Of a stretch of DNA of 64,000 bases, positions 47,626 to 56,529 are shown one piece after another. The DNA comes from Candidatus Aenigmatarchaeota archaeon (GTDB lineage Archaea > Aenigmatarchaeota > Aenigmatarchaeia > CG10238-14 > SCSR01), in the NCBI GenBank assembly GCA_016213525.1, contig JACRAE010000006.1, positions 16,691 through 80,690 on the forward strand. The letters are read 5' to 3'. The notes under the pieces were generated by a model. The model ran no database searches. It was not told where the DNA came from and was given only the letters and a program-made list of their open reading frames with translations. Every line of letters starts with the position of its first letter. The first letter of the stretch is position 1. The translations under genes were made by a program, and so were the position numbers.

Positions 47626-48837
47626 GTGGTAAGCATGGTGTTCGAGCTAAACCAGGAATTCTTCAACCAGATATTCTTTTTCGTCCTCTTCTTCGGGTTC
47701 ATGTTCGTGTACCCCAGGCTCATGCTGACGCAGATGCTCTTCCAGCTCGACCGCACGGTCAGGGGACTGGAGGAGAACTCCCTCAAGGGCAGGAGCATAG
47801 CCATCAAGAAAGCCTCGAAGTCCCCGAGCCGCGCCGTCAGGGATTCGATAACCCAGTTCATGGACTTTTTCGTCATAGAGCCGGTCGGGATAGACCCCGC
47901 CGGCGCAATGAAGAGGATAGAGCACCTGTCCAACCTCGGCGACAAGAGGTTCCGATACTTCGTCAAGAACGTGGCCCCTCAGCTGGGCAAGGAGGAGCAG
48001 GCGAACATGGCCATGACGCTCGCCGGCACGGTCTCCCTGCACCAGGTGATGAAGATCGTCAGGCACTACGTCGAGATAGTCAGGAAGACCAGAAACCTCC
48101 AGATAGCTATGATACTCCAGATGCAGCTGCCCTTCATAGAGAGGGTCTCGAGGGCGATGTTGAAGGGGACGGAGGCGTTCGCGAACGGCTGGCCCGTCGG
48201 CGACACCGTCGGCCCGCTTGTGGCCTCGCACCTCATAGGCGACGGCAAGTCTAAGGACATCGCGGACGACGAGACGGTTGTGGTCAAGAGGAGGATTAAG
48301 GGGAGGAACGTCATTGTAATGCGCGCAAAGGGCCCCGGAGGCAGGCTCGGCAAGCTCGGCAGGGCAGTCGAGATTCTCTCGAGGAGGGGCAAGATTGCGA
48401 AGGTCATCACGGTGGACGCCGCGGCGAAGCTCGAGGGCGAGAAGACCGGCGCCATCGCGGAGGGCATAGGCGTGGCGATAGGCGGCATAGGAGTCGACAG
48501 GGGCTACATCGAGAAGATCGCGACCGAGAAGGACATACCGCTCGACACGATAGTCGTGAAGATGAGCCAGGAGGAGGCCATAATGCCGATGAGGATGGAG
48601 ATTTTGAACGCCGTTCCCTCCGTGCTGAAGATGGTCGAGAGGAACGTGCAGGAGACGGCCGAGAAGGGTGACATCATAATAATCGGCGTCGGGAACTGCA
48701 CCGGGGTCGACAACGACAAGAAGGGCGCGCTCAAGGCCGAGCTCCTAATCAAGAAGGTGGCGGCCCAGGTCAAGAAGCAGGAGGCCGTGGAGGAGAAGGA
48801 CAGGAAGAAGTTCTCCAACAGGTTCCTAGGTATGTAG
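47626..48837 (+). CDS. DUF1512 family protein
   Basis: IEPVGIDPAG, PVGDTVGPLVA, KGPGG, VDAAAKLEGEKTG, IGVGN. Confidence 0.85.
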   Translation: MVSMVFELNQEFFNQIFFFVLFFGFMFVYPRLMLTQMLFQLDRTVRGLEENSLKGRSIAIKKASKSPSRAVRDSITQFMDFFVIEPVGIDPAGAMKRIEHLSNLGDKRFRYFVKNVAPQLGKEEQANMAMTLAGTVSLHQVMKIVRHYVEIVRKTRNLQIAMILQMQLPFIERVSRAMLKGTEAFANGWPVGDTVGPLVASHLIGDGKSKDIADDETVVVKRRIKGRNVIVMRAKGPGGRLGKLGRAVEILSRRGKIAKVITVDAAAKLEGEKTGAIAEGIGVAIGGIGVDRGYIEKIATEKDIPLDTIVVKMSQEEAIMPMRMEILNAVPSVLKMVERNVQETAEKGDIIIIGVGNCTGVDNDKKGALKAELLIKKVAAQVKKQEAVEEKDRKKFSNRFLGM

Positions 48838-48868
48838 TTGTCTCGTGTGACTCACAAATTCCAGAATT

Positions 48869-49441
48869 TTACTGAATCTTCGGCAGAATCTCGGCGACCT
48901 TCTCTGCGACCTTCGCCACGTCCCCGTCGGTCTCTATCACAAAGTCCGCCATCTGTATGCACCTTCTGACCTGCTGGCCGTATGGGGGCTCGTTCGCTCC
49001 TTGGTCTGAGTTGTCCTGCGCAGTGAACTCCTCGAAAGTCTTCGGGTCGGTCGGCTTGCCGCGCTTGGTCATCCTCTCGAACCTGGCGCTCTGAGGCGCG
49101 TCGACACCTATCAAGACGAAGCTCCCCCTGTAGTTCTGCTTCAGCCACTCAGCCTCGGCCGGGTTCCTTATACCGTCGACAATTAGATACGGCCTGTCCC
49201 TCGACATGAACTCCGTCGAGACCTTCGCCAGAACGTGCCCCCCATACTTCTGCCTCAGCTCGTTGCCCATCTCCTGCATCGTCTTCCTGGTGAACGACCC
49301 CTTCTTCTTCTCGAGCTGTCCGAAGATCGCGCCCGAGAGCGTGACTTGGTAGCAGTTCAGGTTCTGCATGAGGATCTGTTTCACTAGGTCTTTCCCGGCG
49401 GCTATCGTGCCCGTCAATCCGATTACCTTTACTGGCATCAT
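48869..49441 (-). CDS. P-loop nucleotide kinase (UPF0200/dephospho-CoA kinase-like)
   Basis: IGLTGTIAAGKD, LR..YG, VDGIRNPAE. Confidence 0.8.
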   Translation of the reverse strand: MMPVKVIGLTGTIAAGKDLVKQILMQNLNCYQVTLSGAIFGQLEKKKGSFTRKTMQEMGNELRQKYGGHVLAKVSTEFMSRDRPYLIVDGIRNPAEAEWLKQNYRGSFVLIGVDAPQSARFERMTKRGKPTDPKTFEEFTAQDNSDQGANEPPYGQQVRRCIQMADFVIETDGDVAKVAEKVAEILPKIQ

Positions 49442-49489
49442 GTTGGTTCACCATTATCTTACAATTAAAAAAACCCTTAAAGGCCATGA

Positions 49490-49654
49490 CTATAAGTCGC
49501 AGCCTCTGCAGGTCTTTCTTCCATTCCCCTTAGCCCTAGCAACGGCAGAAGCCACGGTTGTAGCTATCTGCTTGTCCAGTGCCTTGAAGAAGTCTTCGCT
49601 TGCTCTCATTCCTTTCAAGTTGGAACGAACAGCAGTTTTTACGAACAAAGCCAT
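49490..49654 (-). CDS. Short histone-fold protein (DUF1931/face-to-face-like), 54 aa
   Basis: MRASEDF.....A..RAKGNGRKT....DL histone pattern; strong SD (GGAGG) upstream; T-tract downstream. Confidence 0.85.
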   Translation of the reverse strand: MALFVKTAVRSNLKGMRASEDFFKALDKQIATTVASAVARAKGNGRKTCRGCDL

Positions 49655-49832
49655 TGATAATTCCTCCTGCATTCTGATTGTCCGCGCTTGTATATAAAGT
49701 TGAACGCAAAACGCGTTCTTTTGGTGTTCTGAGCCGTTTGTCGGAGGATTATTTTTCCGCGGTTTCCATCCCCGATTTCCCCGCGCGCCCGCCGATAGGA
49801 AAGCTTAATTTATGCGTCTGCATACTAGGTTA

Positions 49833-49949
49833 ATGGAAAAAGAGAAGAAGGTCAAGCTGAAGGACCAGCCGGCCCAGGGAAAGAAAGGCGGCAACTGGCA
49901 CTTCAGGAGCGGCAAGAAGAAAGAGAAGTTCAGGAAGTTCGGAAGATAG
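49833..49949 (+). CDS. 38-aa Lys-rich micro-protein (not in the ORF track)
   Basis: MEKEKKVKLKDQPAQGKKGGNWHFRSGKKKEKFRKFGR*; host-like codons, AT-rich TATA-like element about 25 bp upstream, T-tract downstream. Confidence 0.55.
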   Translation: MEKEKKVKLKDQPAQGKKGGNWHFRSGKKKEKFRKFGR

Positions 49950-50090
49950 TCGCATCCCGTTCATTGAATTTTTTCGGGCGTTTGCGGCGGTCGGTCGGGT
50001 CCGATGTTTCTCGTGGCAGCGCGCCGGCGCCTCGGAGGGCGCCTGAGAAGATTTAAATCCATCCGAATTCCACTCCTGTAAAGTGATTTT

Positions 50091-50615
50091 ATGGCCGGAT
50101 TGAGACCTGGAAGATCGATGAGGAAGGTAGAGAGGCCTTGGACTAGGGTCAGTAAGCACAAGCCGAGGAAGTCCTACGTCAAGGGAGTCCCGTTCCCGAA
50201 GACCCACCAGTTCGAGATGGGCAACAAGACGGGCGTGTTTGACACGAGCATCTACCTCACGGCCGACCGCCCGGTCCAGATAAGGGACCAGTCGATAGAG
50301 GCGTCCAGGATAGTGGCGACGAAGTACTTGACCACGAAGATCACAGAGGTGAACTACTTCATGAAGATTCTCGTTTATCCGCATCACGTCCTCCGCGAGA
50401 AGCCAATCGCGACGGGCGCGGGGGCGGACCGTTACTCCCAGGGCATGGCACACCCGTTCGGGAAGCCGGTAGGCTCGGCCGTCCAGACGAAGCCCGGCAT
50501 GAGGCTCGTCCAGGTCAGGGTTAACAAGGCGAACCTCACCCACGCCAAGATAGCGCTGAAGAAGTTCGGCAAGAAGATATCGACCCCGAGCACCCTGGTC
50601 GTAGAGTCCATCTGA
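50091..50615 (+). CDS. rpl10e: 50S ribosomal protein uL16 (L10e)
   Basis: IEASR, YPHHVLRE, GADRYSQGMAHPFGKP. Confidence 0.97.
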   Translation: MAGLRPGRSMRKVERPWTRVSKHKPRKSYVKGVPFPKTHQFEMGNKTGVFDTSIYLTADRPVQIRDQSIEASRIVATKYLTTKITEVNYFMKILVYPHHVLREKPIATGAGADRYSQGMAHPFGKPVGSAVQTKPGMRLVQVRVNKANLTHAKIALKKFGKKISTPSTLVVESI

Positions 50616-50668
50616 TTTTCAACGCCTCCTTCGGTTCCTTGCCTCAGAACGACCCGGTCCCGCGCCCG

Positions 50669-51445
50669 CTACTTCAGCTTGTGGTGCGACAGGAAGAACG
50701 CGAGGAATATCACGGTGCCGGTGAGCATCGAGATCAGGACCGGGGACGTCTCCCCGCCCGCGACGAACGCTCCGACGGTCACGGTGCCCGGCTGTGTCTG
50801 GGACAGGGCCCAGAGCACGCTCATGCCGAACATCGCTGAGAAAATTATCAGGACTGCATTCCCGAAGCGCGACTCCTCCTCGGGCCTCTTTTTTTTCTGG
50901 GAATAGTTCAACATCGTCTGGGTCAGCTCCTTCGACATTTCCTTCACCTTGTTGTTGTATTTTTCGAAGTTTTGGATGCTCTTCGTCCTCTCCATGTTGA
51001 GGTTCTCTATCTCGTGCTCCATTTTCACCATGACGTGGGAGTTTTTGTTCATGCTTCTGGATATGGGGTCTTTCTCCCTGTTGTAATCCGAGAGAAGCTT
51101 GCTCAGCCTCTCAGTGTACTCGCCGTATTTCTTCAGGTCCTTCAGCGCGGCGTTCACGTCGGAGTTCAGGTATCCGAGCTGCTTGTAGAAGACTTTTTGC
51201 TCGTTTTCCGGCACATAAGATTTGATTAGTTTCTTCAGCTTGTCCATTCCGACTCCCAGGAACCTCCTCTTGTTGAGCTCGTCGCTCTTCACCCTGTACA
51301 TCTCTTCTCCCATCTTTTTCAGATTGCTCGCTTCGTCCATCAGATAGCTCGCGGAATTTTGAAGCTCTTTCTCATACATTTCCCCTATGCCTCTGGGCTG
51401 TCCGGCGCCCTGGTAAGGATTCTTCTTCTTTTCAGGAGGAGCCAT
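50669..51445 (-). CDS. Hypothetical coiled-coil protein with two C-terminal TM helices
   Basis: Charged helical body, hydrophobic C-terminus. Confidence 0.7.
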   Translation of the reverse strand: MAPPEKKKNPYQGAGQPRGIGEMYEKELQNSASYLMDEASNLKKMGEEMYRVKSDELNKRRFLGVGMDKLKKLIKSYVPENEQKVFYKQLGYLNSDVNAALKDLKKYGEYTERLSKLLSDYNREKDPISRSMNKNSHVMVKMEHEIENLNMERTKSIQNFEKYNNKVKEMSKELTQTMLNYSQKKKRPEEESRFGNAVLIIFSAMFGMSVLWALSQTQPGTVTVGAFVAGGETSPVLISMLTGTVIFLAFFLSHHKLK

Positions 51446-51528
51446 AAATGTAATTCGTGGTTTCTGCTTAAAAATACGACGAAATGTTAGCCAGTAACCC
51501 TTAAGCGGGTCGGAAGCGAATCCTATTC

Positions 51529-53817
51529 ATGAAGTACGTCCTGTGGTTCGAGCAGATATCCAGGGACGACGTCCCGAAGGCCGGTGGGAAGGGCGCCAAC
51601 CTTGGCGAGATGTTCGGCGCTGGCATGCCCGTGCCGCCAGGGTTCGTTGTCACGACGACGGCGTTCGACAAGCTCATGAAGATCGGCGGCCTGGGAGAGA
51701 AGATAGACCAGATAATCAAGAGGACCAACGTCGAGGACACTGGGGCGCTGTTCAATGCGTCCAAGGCGATAAAGGAGATGATAGTGTCCCAGGAGATGCC
51801 GGACGACGTGAAGGCCGAGGTTGCGGACTCGTACAAGACTCTCTCTTATGACGACAAGGTGCAGGACGCCAAGATGGCATCCCTCATGTCCGCCGGCGCC
51901 GACATGGCCTTCGTGGCGGTGAGGAGCTCCGCCACGGCAGAGGACCTGCCGGGCGCGTCTTTCGCGGGCCAGCAGGCGACGTTCCTCAACGTGAGGGGCA
52001 CGAAGGACCTCCTGCAGTCGGTCAGGGAGTGCTGGGCCTCGCTCTTCGAGCCGAGGGCTATATTCTACAGGTCGAAGAACAAGTTCGGCAGCGCGAGCAT
52101 AGCAGTCGTTGTGCAGAGAATGGTCAACTCGGACAAGTCCGGCATAATGTTCACGACGGATCCCGTGTCGGGCGACGACAGCATAATCATCGAGGCGACC
52201 TGGGGACTCGGCGAGTACATCGTTTTAGGCGAGGTCTCCCCGGACCACTATATAATAGACAAGCAAACCGACTCCGTGAGGGACATGAAGATTGGGAGGA
52301 AGGAGAAGGCGCTCGTGAGGGACCCGAAGACCGGCAAGTCCGTCGAGTGGATAATCCCGCGCGACAAGTCCGAGGCCGAGGTGCTGACGGCCGACGAGCT
52401 CGCTAAGCTCATCAGGTACGGCCACATGCTGGAGGAGCACTACGACCACGCGCAGGATGTGGAGTTTGCGATTGAGAAGGGTGTGGTTAGGATAGTCCAG
52501 ACCAGGGCCGTCACGACGAAGGGGAAGAAGAGCGACGTGAAGATAGAGGGCAGGGAGCTGGTACGCGGCAGGGGAGCCTCGCCCGGCATCGCCACGGGCA
52601 AGGTCAAGATTGTGAGGGGCATGGAGGACATAGAGAAGATAATGAAGGGCGACATCCTGGTAACCGTGATGACATCCCCCGATCTCGTGCCCGCGATGAG
52701 CAGGTCCGGCGCCATAGTCACGGACAACGGCGGGTCGAACTGCCACGCCGCGATAGTGTCGAGGGAGATGGGGATACCGGCCATAGTCGGCACGGAGACC
52801 GCGACCTCGGTCCTGAAGGAGGGCGAGCTCGTCACGGTCGACGCCTACTCTGGGATAGTGTACGAGGGCTCCGTAGCGGTCGACAAGCCCGATATGCTGG
52901 ACCTCGGCGAGACCGGCGAGACGAGGACTAAGGTGAAGGTCAACATGGTCTTTGCGGACAAGCTGGAGGTCGCCTCAAAGACCGATGGTGTGGGGCTGCT
53001 GAGGATCGAGCACATGATAACGAAGTTCGGCGTGCATCCCGCCAAGCTCATGCGCGAGGGTAGGAGGGAGGAGTATGTCAATCTTTTGGTGGATGGGATA
53101 AGGCCCATAGCAGAGGCCTACAGTCCGAAGCCCGTGTGGGTCCGCACTTTGGACGCGAGGAGCGACGAGTTCAGGCACCTGCAGGGAGGGGAGGACGAGC
53201 CGCACGAGGACAACCCGATGCTCGGCTGGCACGGCCTCAGGAGGAGCCTCGACGAGCCCGAGCTCTTCAAGGCCGAGCTCGAGGCGATCAAGAGGCTGCA
53301 CGGCGAGGGCCTGACGAACGTCAGGGCCGAGATACCCTTCGTGATCAGCGTCGAGGAGTTGAGGAGGGCGAACCAGATTGCGGCGGAGGTCGGGATGGGC
53401 GAGGGATTCAAGTTCGGCCTCATGGTGGAGACGCCGGCCTGCGCCCTCGACATCGAGGAGTTCTGCAGGGAGGGCATAGAGTTCGCGAGCTTCGGCACGA
53501 ACGACCTCACCCAGCTGACTCTGGGGATGGACAGGAACAACGAGAAGATAATGAACATAGGGTCCGAGTTCCACCCGTCCGTCATCAGGCAGATGAAGGA
53601 AGTGATTGAGGTTTGCGCCCGCTATGGGGTGGAGAGCTCGATATGCGGCGAGGCGGGGAGCAGCCCCGAGATGGCGAAGATACTCGTGAGGGCGGGGATT
53701 AAGAGCGTGTCCTGCAACATCGACGCGATAGACAAGATAAGGGCGGCGGTCTATCAGGCGGAGAGAGAATCGGGCTATTCGGAGAGACCTTCGGAACTGT
53801 TCACTGAAATTGTATGA
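51529..53817 (+). CDS. ppsA: Phosphoenolpyruvate synthase (pyruvate, water dikinase)
   Basis: GGKGANL, VRSSATAEDL, CHAAIVSRE phospho-His, DNPMLGWHG, GTNDLTQ. Confidence 0.96.
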   Translation: MKYVLWFEQISRDDVPKAGGKGANLGEMFGAGMPVPPGFVVTTTAFDKLMKIGGLGEKIDQIIKRTNVEDTGALFNASKAIKEMIVSQEMPDDVKAEVADSYKTLSYDDKVQDAKMASLMSAGADMAFVAVRSSATAEDLPGASFAGQQATFLNVRGTKDLLQSVRECWASLFEPRAIFYRSKNKFGSASIAVVVQRMVNSDKSGIMFTTDPVSGDDSIIIEATWGLGEYIVLGEVSPDHYIIDKQTDSVRDMKIGRKEKALVRDPKTGKSVEWIIPRDKSEAEVLTADELAKLIRYGHMLEEHYDHAQDVEFAIEKGVVRIVQTRAVTTKGKKSDVKIEGRELVRGRGASPGIATGKVKIVRGMEDIEKIMKGDILVTVMTSPDLVPAMSRSGAIVTDNGGSNCHAAIVSREMGIPAIVGTETATSVLKEGELVTVDAYSGIVYEGSVAVDKPDMLDLGETGETRTKVKVNMVFADKLEVASKTDGVGLLRIEHMITKFGVHPAKLMREGRREEYVNLLVDGIRPIAEAYSPKPVWVRTLDARSDEFRHLQGGEDEPHEDNPMLGWHGLRRSLDEPELFKAELEAIKRLHGEGLTNVRAEIPFVISVEELRRANQIAAEVGMGEGFKFGLMVETPACALDIEEFCREGIEFASFGTNDLTQLTLGMDRNNEKIMNIGSEFHPSVIRQMKEVIEVCARYGVESSICGEAGSSPEMAKILVRAGIKSVSCNIDAIDKIRAAVYQAERESGYSERPSELFTEIV

Positions 53818-54205
53818 TGCTGTCCCGATTGTCCGACTCCATCAGCTTCATCAGGCTCTTCATGTTGCTCGTTCCCATGATATTTTTCACATAGGAATCC
53901 TTGTCGTTCGCGCCCCTCCTGCCCTCCTCCTCGGCCGCCATGAGCCTCGGCAGGTATTTTTTTATCGTCGACGCCTTGTACGGGCCGGCGAGATTCTGGT
54001 ACCCGTCGTACGACTTCACAATGAGGTTGAACTCTTGGTATTCCCCTATGTTCTTGCTTTCCATGTTATCTTCGAACGCGTTCAGGGGGTATGTAAAGTT
54101 GTGGCCGAGCTTAGGCATTGAGCACAGTATGAAGGAGGAGTTTTTCTGGACGTTCCTGCCCTGGCCAAGATAGCCGTGCTTGAGCTCCATGAACCGATAA
54201 TCCAA
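53801..54205 (-). CDS. Hypothetical protein
   Basis: ORF with upstream CGGAAAATCTTATAAAG BRE/TATA-like element; no motif recognised. Confidence 0.55.
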   Translation of the reverse strand: MDYRFMELKHGYLGQGRNVQKNSSFILCSMPKLGHNFTYPLNAFEDNMESKNIGEYQEFNLIVKSYDGYQNLAGPYKASTIKKYLPRLMAAEEEGRRGANDKDSYVKNIMGTSNMKSLMKLMESDNRDSIIQFQ

Positions 54206-54248
54206 ATCAGTCTTTATAAGATTTTCCGACGTTGTTATAATTCAGGAG

Positions 54249-54345
54249 AGCCTCAACTGGGATTTGAACCCAGGACCCCTTCCTTACCATGGAATTTAGC
54301 TAGTTTTTCCTAACTATGTGCTCTACCGGGCTGAGCTATTGAGGC
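54249..54345 (-). tRNA. tRNA-Thr(GGT) with a 23-nt non-canonical intron at 27/28 (54295-54317)
   Basis: GCCTCAA/TTGAGGC acceptor, GCTC/GAGC D-stem; removing ATAGTTAGGAAAAACTAGCTAAA restores CTTCC-AT-GGT-AA-GGAAG. Confidence 0.92.
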
Positions 54346-54386
54346 TTAATTCAAATTTTGAATTTCACAGTTTTTAAATGCTGTTT

Positions 54387-54641
54387 TTAATCTGGCTCCA
54401 GGTAAAGGTGGTCTTCCAGATGTACCACACCGTTTGTCTTGATGGCGACCTGAATGCCCTTCTTGGCGGAGTCGGCGCTCTTGCCGTCGACCTGAATGCT
54501 TTCCACGGTCTGCACGAGGTCCGTGTTGGGGCCCTCGAATGACACCCTGTCCCCGACGGAGAAGTCCGATTCGACGTCCACGACGGCCACCCCTATCTTC
54601 GGGTAGAAGTGCCTGACTATGCCCACGAGCCTCTTCGCCAT
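54387..54641 (-). CDS. Small beta-barrel protein (U32 peptidase C-terminal/translation-factor domain II-like)
   Basis: VGIVRHFYPKIGVAVV...GDRV...QTVESIQVD...KG..VAIK. Confidence 0.8.
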   Translation of the reverse strand: MAKRLVGIVRHFYPKIGVAVVDVESDFSVGDRVSFEGPNTDLVQTVESIQVDGKSADSAKKGIQVAIKTNGVVHLEDHLYLEPD

Positions 54642-54693
54642 GTACAAACCTTGTCTTGCAATATTCATTAGCTTGTGCGCCGAATATGTTTGT

Positions 54694-55113
54694 ATGAAGC
54701 TCTCGCCCGCCAAGATGCTCATCTGGGTCATGGCCGTCGTCGTGCTTGCTGTCGTCTTCATACAGCCCGGCAGCGAGACCGGCAAGTACGTCTACCAGGT
54801 GGAGACGATAGACAACAAGTGCACGTTCGACGAGTACCAGCAGCAGGACATACGAGCCGTCGGGGACTCCATATTGATTGTGATGCCCATACAGACACCG
54901 ACGCCCTGCTACGAGGTCCAAGGATCGGTCGACTTCTTCAGGAGCGACATAACCGTCAACCTGCAGACGAAGAAGAGGGCTGAGGCGTGCACGGCAGAGT
55001 GCGTCGGGGTGACCGTGGCGAGGGTCGTGATATCCAACCTCGACTCCGGGACTTACGGCCTGCAGATCAACGCGCCGGACAAGTCCGTCAGGACCAGCGT
55101 CAAGGTGAAGTAG
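54694..55113 (+). CDS. Hypothetical secreted/membrane-anchored protein
   Basis: N-terminal TM helix, PTPCY, C...C, L.SG.Y. Confidence 0.7.
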   Translation: MKLSPAKMLIWVMAVVVLAVVFIQPGSETGKYVYQVETIDNKCTFDEYQQQDIRAVGDSILIVMPIQTPTPCYEVQGSVDFFRSDITVNLQTKKRAEACTAECVGVTVARVVISNLDSGTYGLQINAPDKSVRTSVKVK

Positions 55114-55566
55114 TTGGTCAAGGAAGGCCAGAAGGCGCCCGCCTTCGCGCTGCCCGACGAGTCTGGATTCGATGTCGCCCTCTCAGACTTCGCGGGCAAG
55201 AGGATTGTCCTCTACTTCTACCCGCGCGACATGACGCCGGGATGCACGATAGAGGCCTGCAGCTTCCGAGACTACCATGCCAAGTTCAAGGAGAGGGGCG
55301 CCGTAATTTTGGGGGTGAGCACCGACGGTCAGAGGTCCCACGCGAAGTTCAAGGAGGCGCACGGACTGCCCTTCGCATTGCTGAGCGACAAGTCGGCCTC
55401 GGTCTGCAGGAAGTACGGTGTCTGGAAGAAGAAAAAATTCATGGGCAAGGAGTACATGGGGATAGAGAGGACGACTTTCGTGATAGACGAGGCGGGCAAG
55501 ATATCCAAGATATTCAAGAGGGTGCAGCCGCTCGGCCACTGGAAGGAAATATTGGCCCTACTATGA
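55114..55566 (+). CDS. bcp: Peroxiredoxin Bcp/PrxQ
   Basis: LYFYPRDMTPGCTIEAC, GIERTTFVID. Confidence 0.95.
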   Translation: MVKEGQKAPAFALPDESGFDVALSDFAGKRIVLYFYPRDMTPGCTIEACSFRDYHAKFKERGAVILGVSTDGQRSHAKFKEAHGLPFALLSDKSASVCRKYGVWKKKKFMGKEYMGIERTTFVIDEAGKISKIFKRVQPLGHWKEILALL

Positions 55567-55701
55567 CGTGTACCTGACCAGCTCTATGTCGCATCCCCTA
55601 CATACGCTGCACTTCATGCACTCGTGGTTCCCTATGCAGGCTATCGGGTTCTCTATCCTGGTCTTGCAGTCCTTGCAGCGCCATTCGACCGTCTTTCCCA
55701 T
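55561..55701 (-). CDS. 46-aa Cys-rich zinc-finger micro-protein
   Basis: MGKTVEWRCKDCKTRIENPIACIGNHECMKCSVCRGCDIELVRYTS*. Confidence 0.7.
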   Translation of the reverse strand: MGKTVEWRCKDCKTRIENPIACIGNHECMKCSVCRGCDIELVRYTS

Positions 55702-55703
55702 AA

Positions 55704-55847
55704 TTACACATGACCGGCAAGCTTTTTGTTCCTTAGCTTCAGGAGAGAATTCCCGCAGTCTTTGCAGAATTCCCCCTTCGGGCTCCATCTGGACTCGCTC
55801 TTCATCTTGTTGCACTTCGGGCAGAACCACGGGAAGTCCTTGAACAT
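55704..55847 (-). CDS. 47-aa zinc-ribbon micro-protein (not in the ORF track)
   Basis: MFKDFPWFCPKCNKMKSESRWSPKGEFCKDCGNSLLKLRNKKLAGHV*. Confidence 0.7.
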   Translation of the reverse strand: MFKDFPWFCPKCNKMKSESRWSPKGEFCKDCGNSLLKLRNKKLAGHV

Positions 55848-55854
55848 AGCAGAG

Positions 55855-55940
55855 TGCGGGAGGGGGGATTTGAACCCCCGTATCCACTAAGGAACTGGAA
55901 CCTCAATCCAGTGGAATTGACCGGGCTATCCGACCCCCGC
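55855..55940 (-). tRNA. tRNA-Leu(GAG), long variable arm, no intron
   Basis: GCGGGGG/CTCCCGC acceptor, CTGGA-TT-GAG-GT-TCCAG anticodon arm, TCC/GGA variable arm, GGGGG-TTCAAAT-CCCCC T-arm. Confidence 0.95.
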
Positions 55941-55994
55941 GTTACAGACAAAATTTATCTTCCGCGTATATAAGAAGTGCGCCTTCGCGCCTCG

Positions 55995-56507
55995 TCAGCA
56001 GATGTCCGAGCCGTAGACGCAGGATTTGAGCACGTTCTTCGGGTTGTTTGTCAGGTCCCTTATCTTCTCTACCCGGACGCGCATGTCTTTCTTCGGGGCG
56101 AACTTCATGTACTCCCTCTCGACTATGACGTAGAAGCTGTTGCAGTTGACGATAAGGGTGTAGGCCTTCTTCTTGGTGGTCTTGCTGAACATTCTGTTCC
56201 CGCGCATCACTCCCTCCTGCAGGTTCTCCGTCCAGGACTCGAACTTCACTATCTTCCCCACGGCGGACGCCTCCCTGTTCTTCACAATCAGCCCCCTCTT
56301 CCCGCTCTCTAGAATCCTCACCCCGTCCCCCCTCAGGAGGCCGAGTATTTTCATCCCCTTCTTCGGTATCTTGTGTGTCTGGTTGTAGACCTCGAAAGGC
56401 GCGGAGTCGTTCAGCCTCAGGAGCAGGTAGTCTCCGAATCCGGGCATCTCGTCCTCGAGCCTGACCTCCACGACCTTGAACTCTGAGTCTATGTATTCGG
56501 GGTCCAT
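55995..56507 (-). CDS. Hypothetical protein
   Basis: Host-like codon usage; no motif recognised. Confidence 0.65.
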   Translation of the reverse strand: MDPEYIDSEFKVVEVRLEDEMPGFGDYLLLRLNDSAPFEVYNQTHKIPKKGMKILGLLRGDGVRILESGKRGLIVKNREASAVGKIVKFESWTENLQEGVMRGNRMFSKTTKKKAYTLIVNCNSFYVIVEREYMKFAPKKDMRVRVEKIRDLTNNPKNVLKSCVYGSDIC

Positions 56508-56529
56508 GAAACGAATTTGTGAGTGCTGC

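Noticed and set aside
53801-54248. Cassette-like insertion behind tRNA-Thr
   Set aside because: The orphan ORF has its own promoter-like element, and no copy of the tRNA-Thr 3' end was found by eye.
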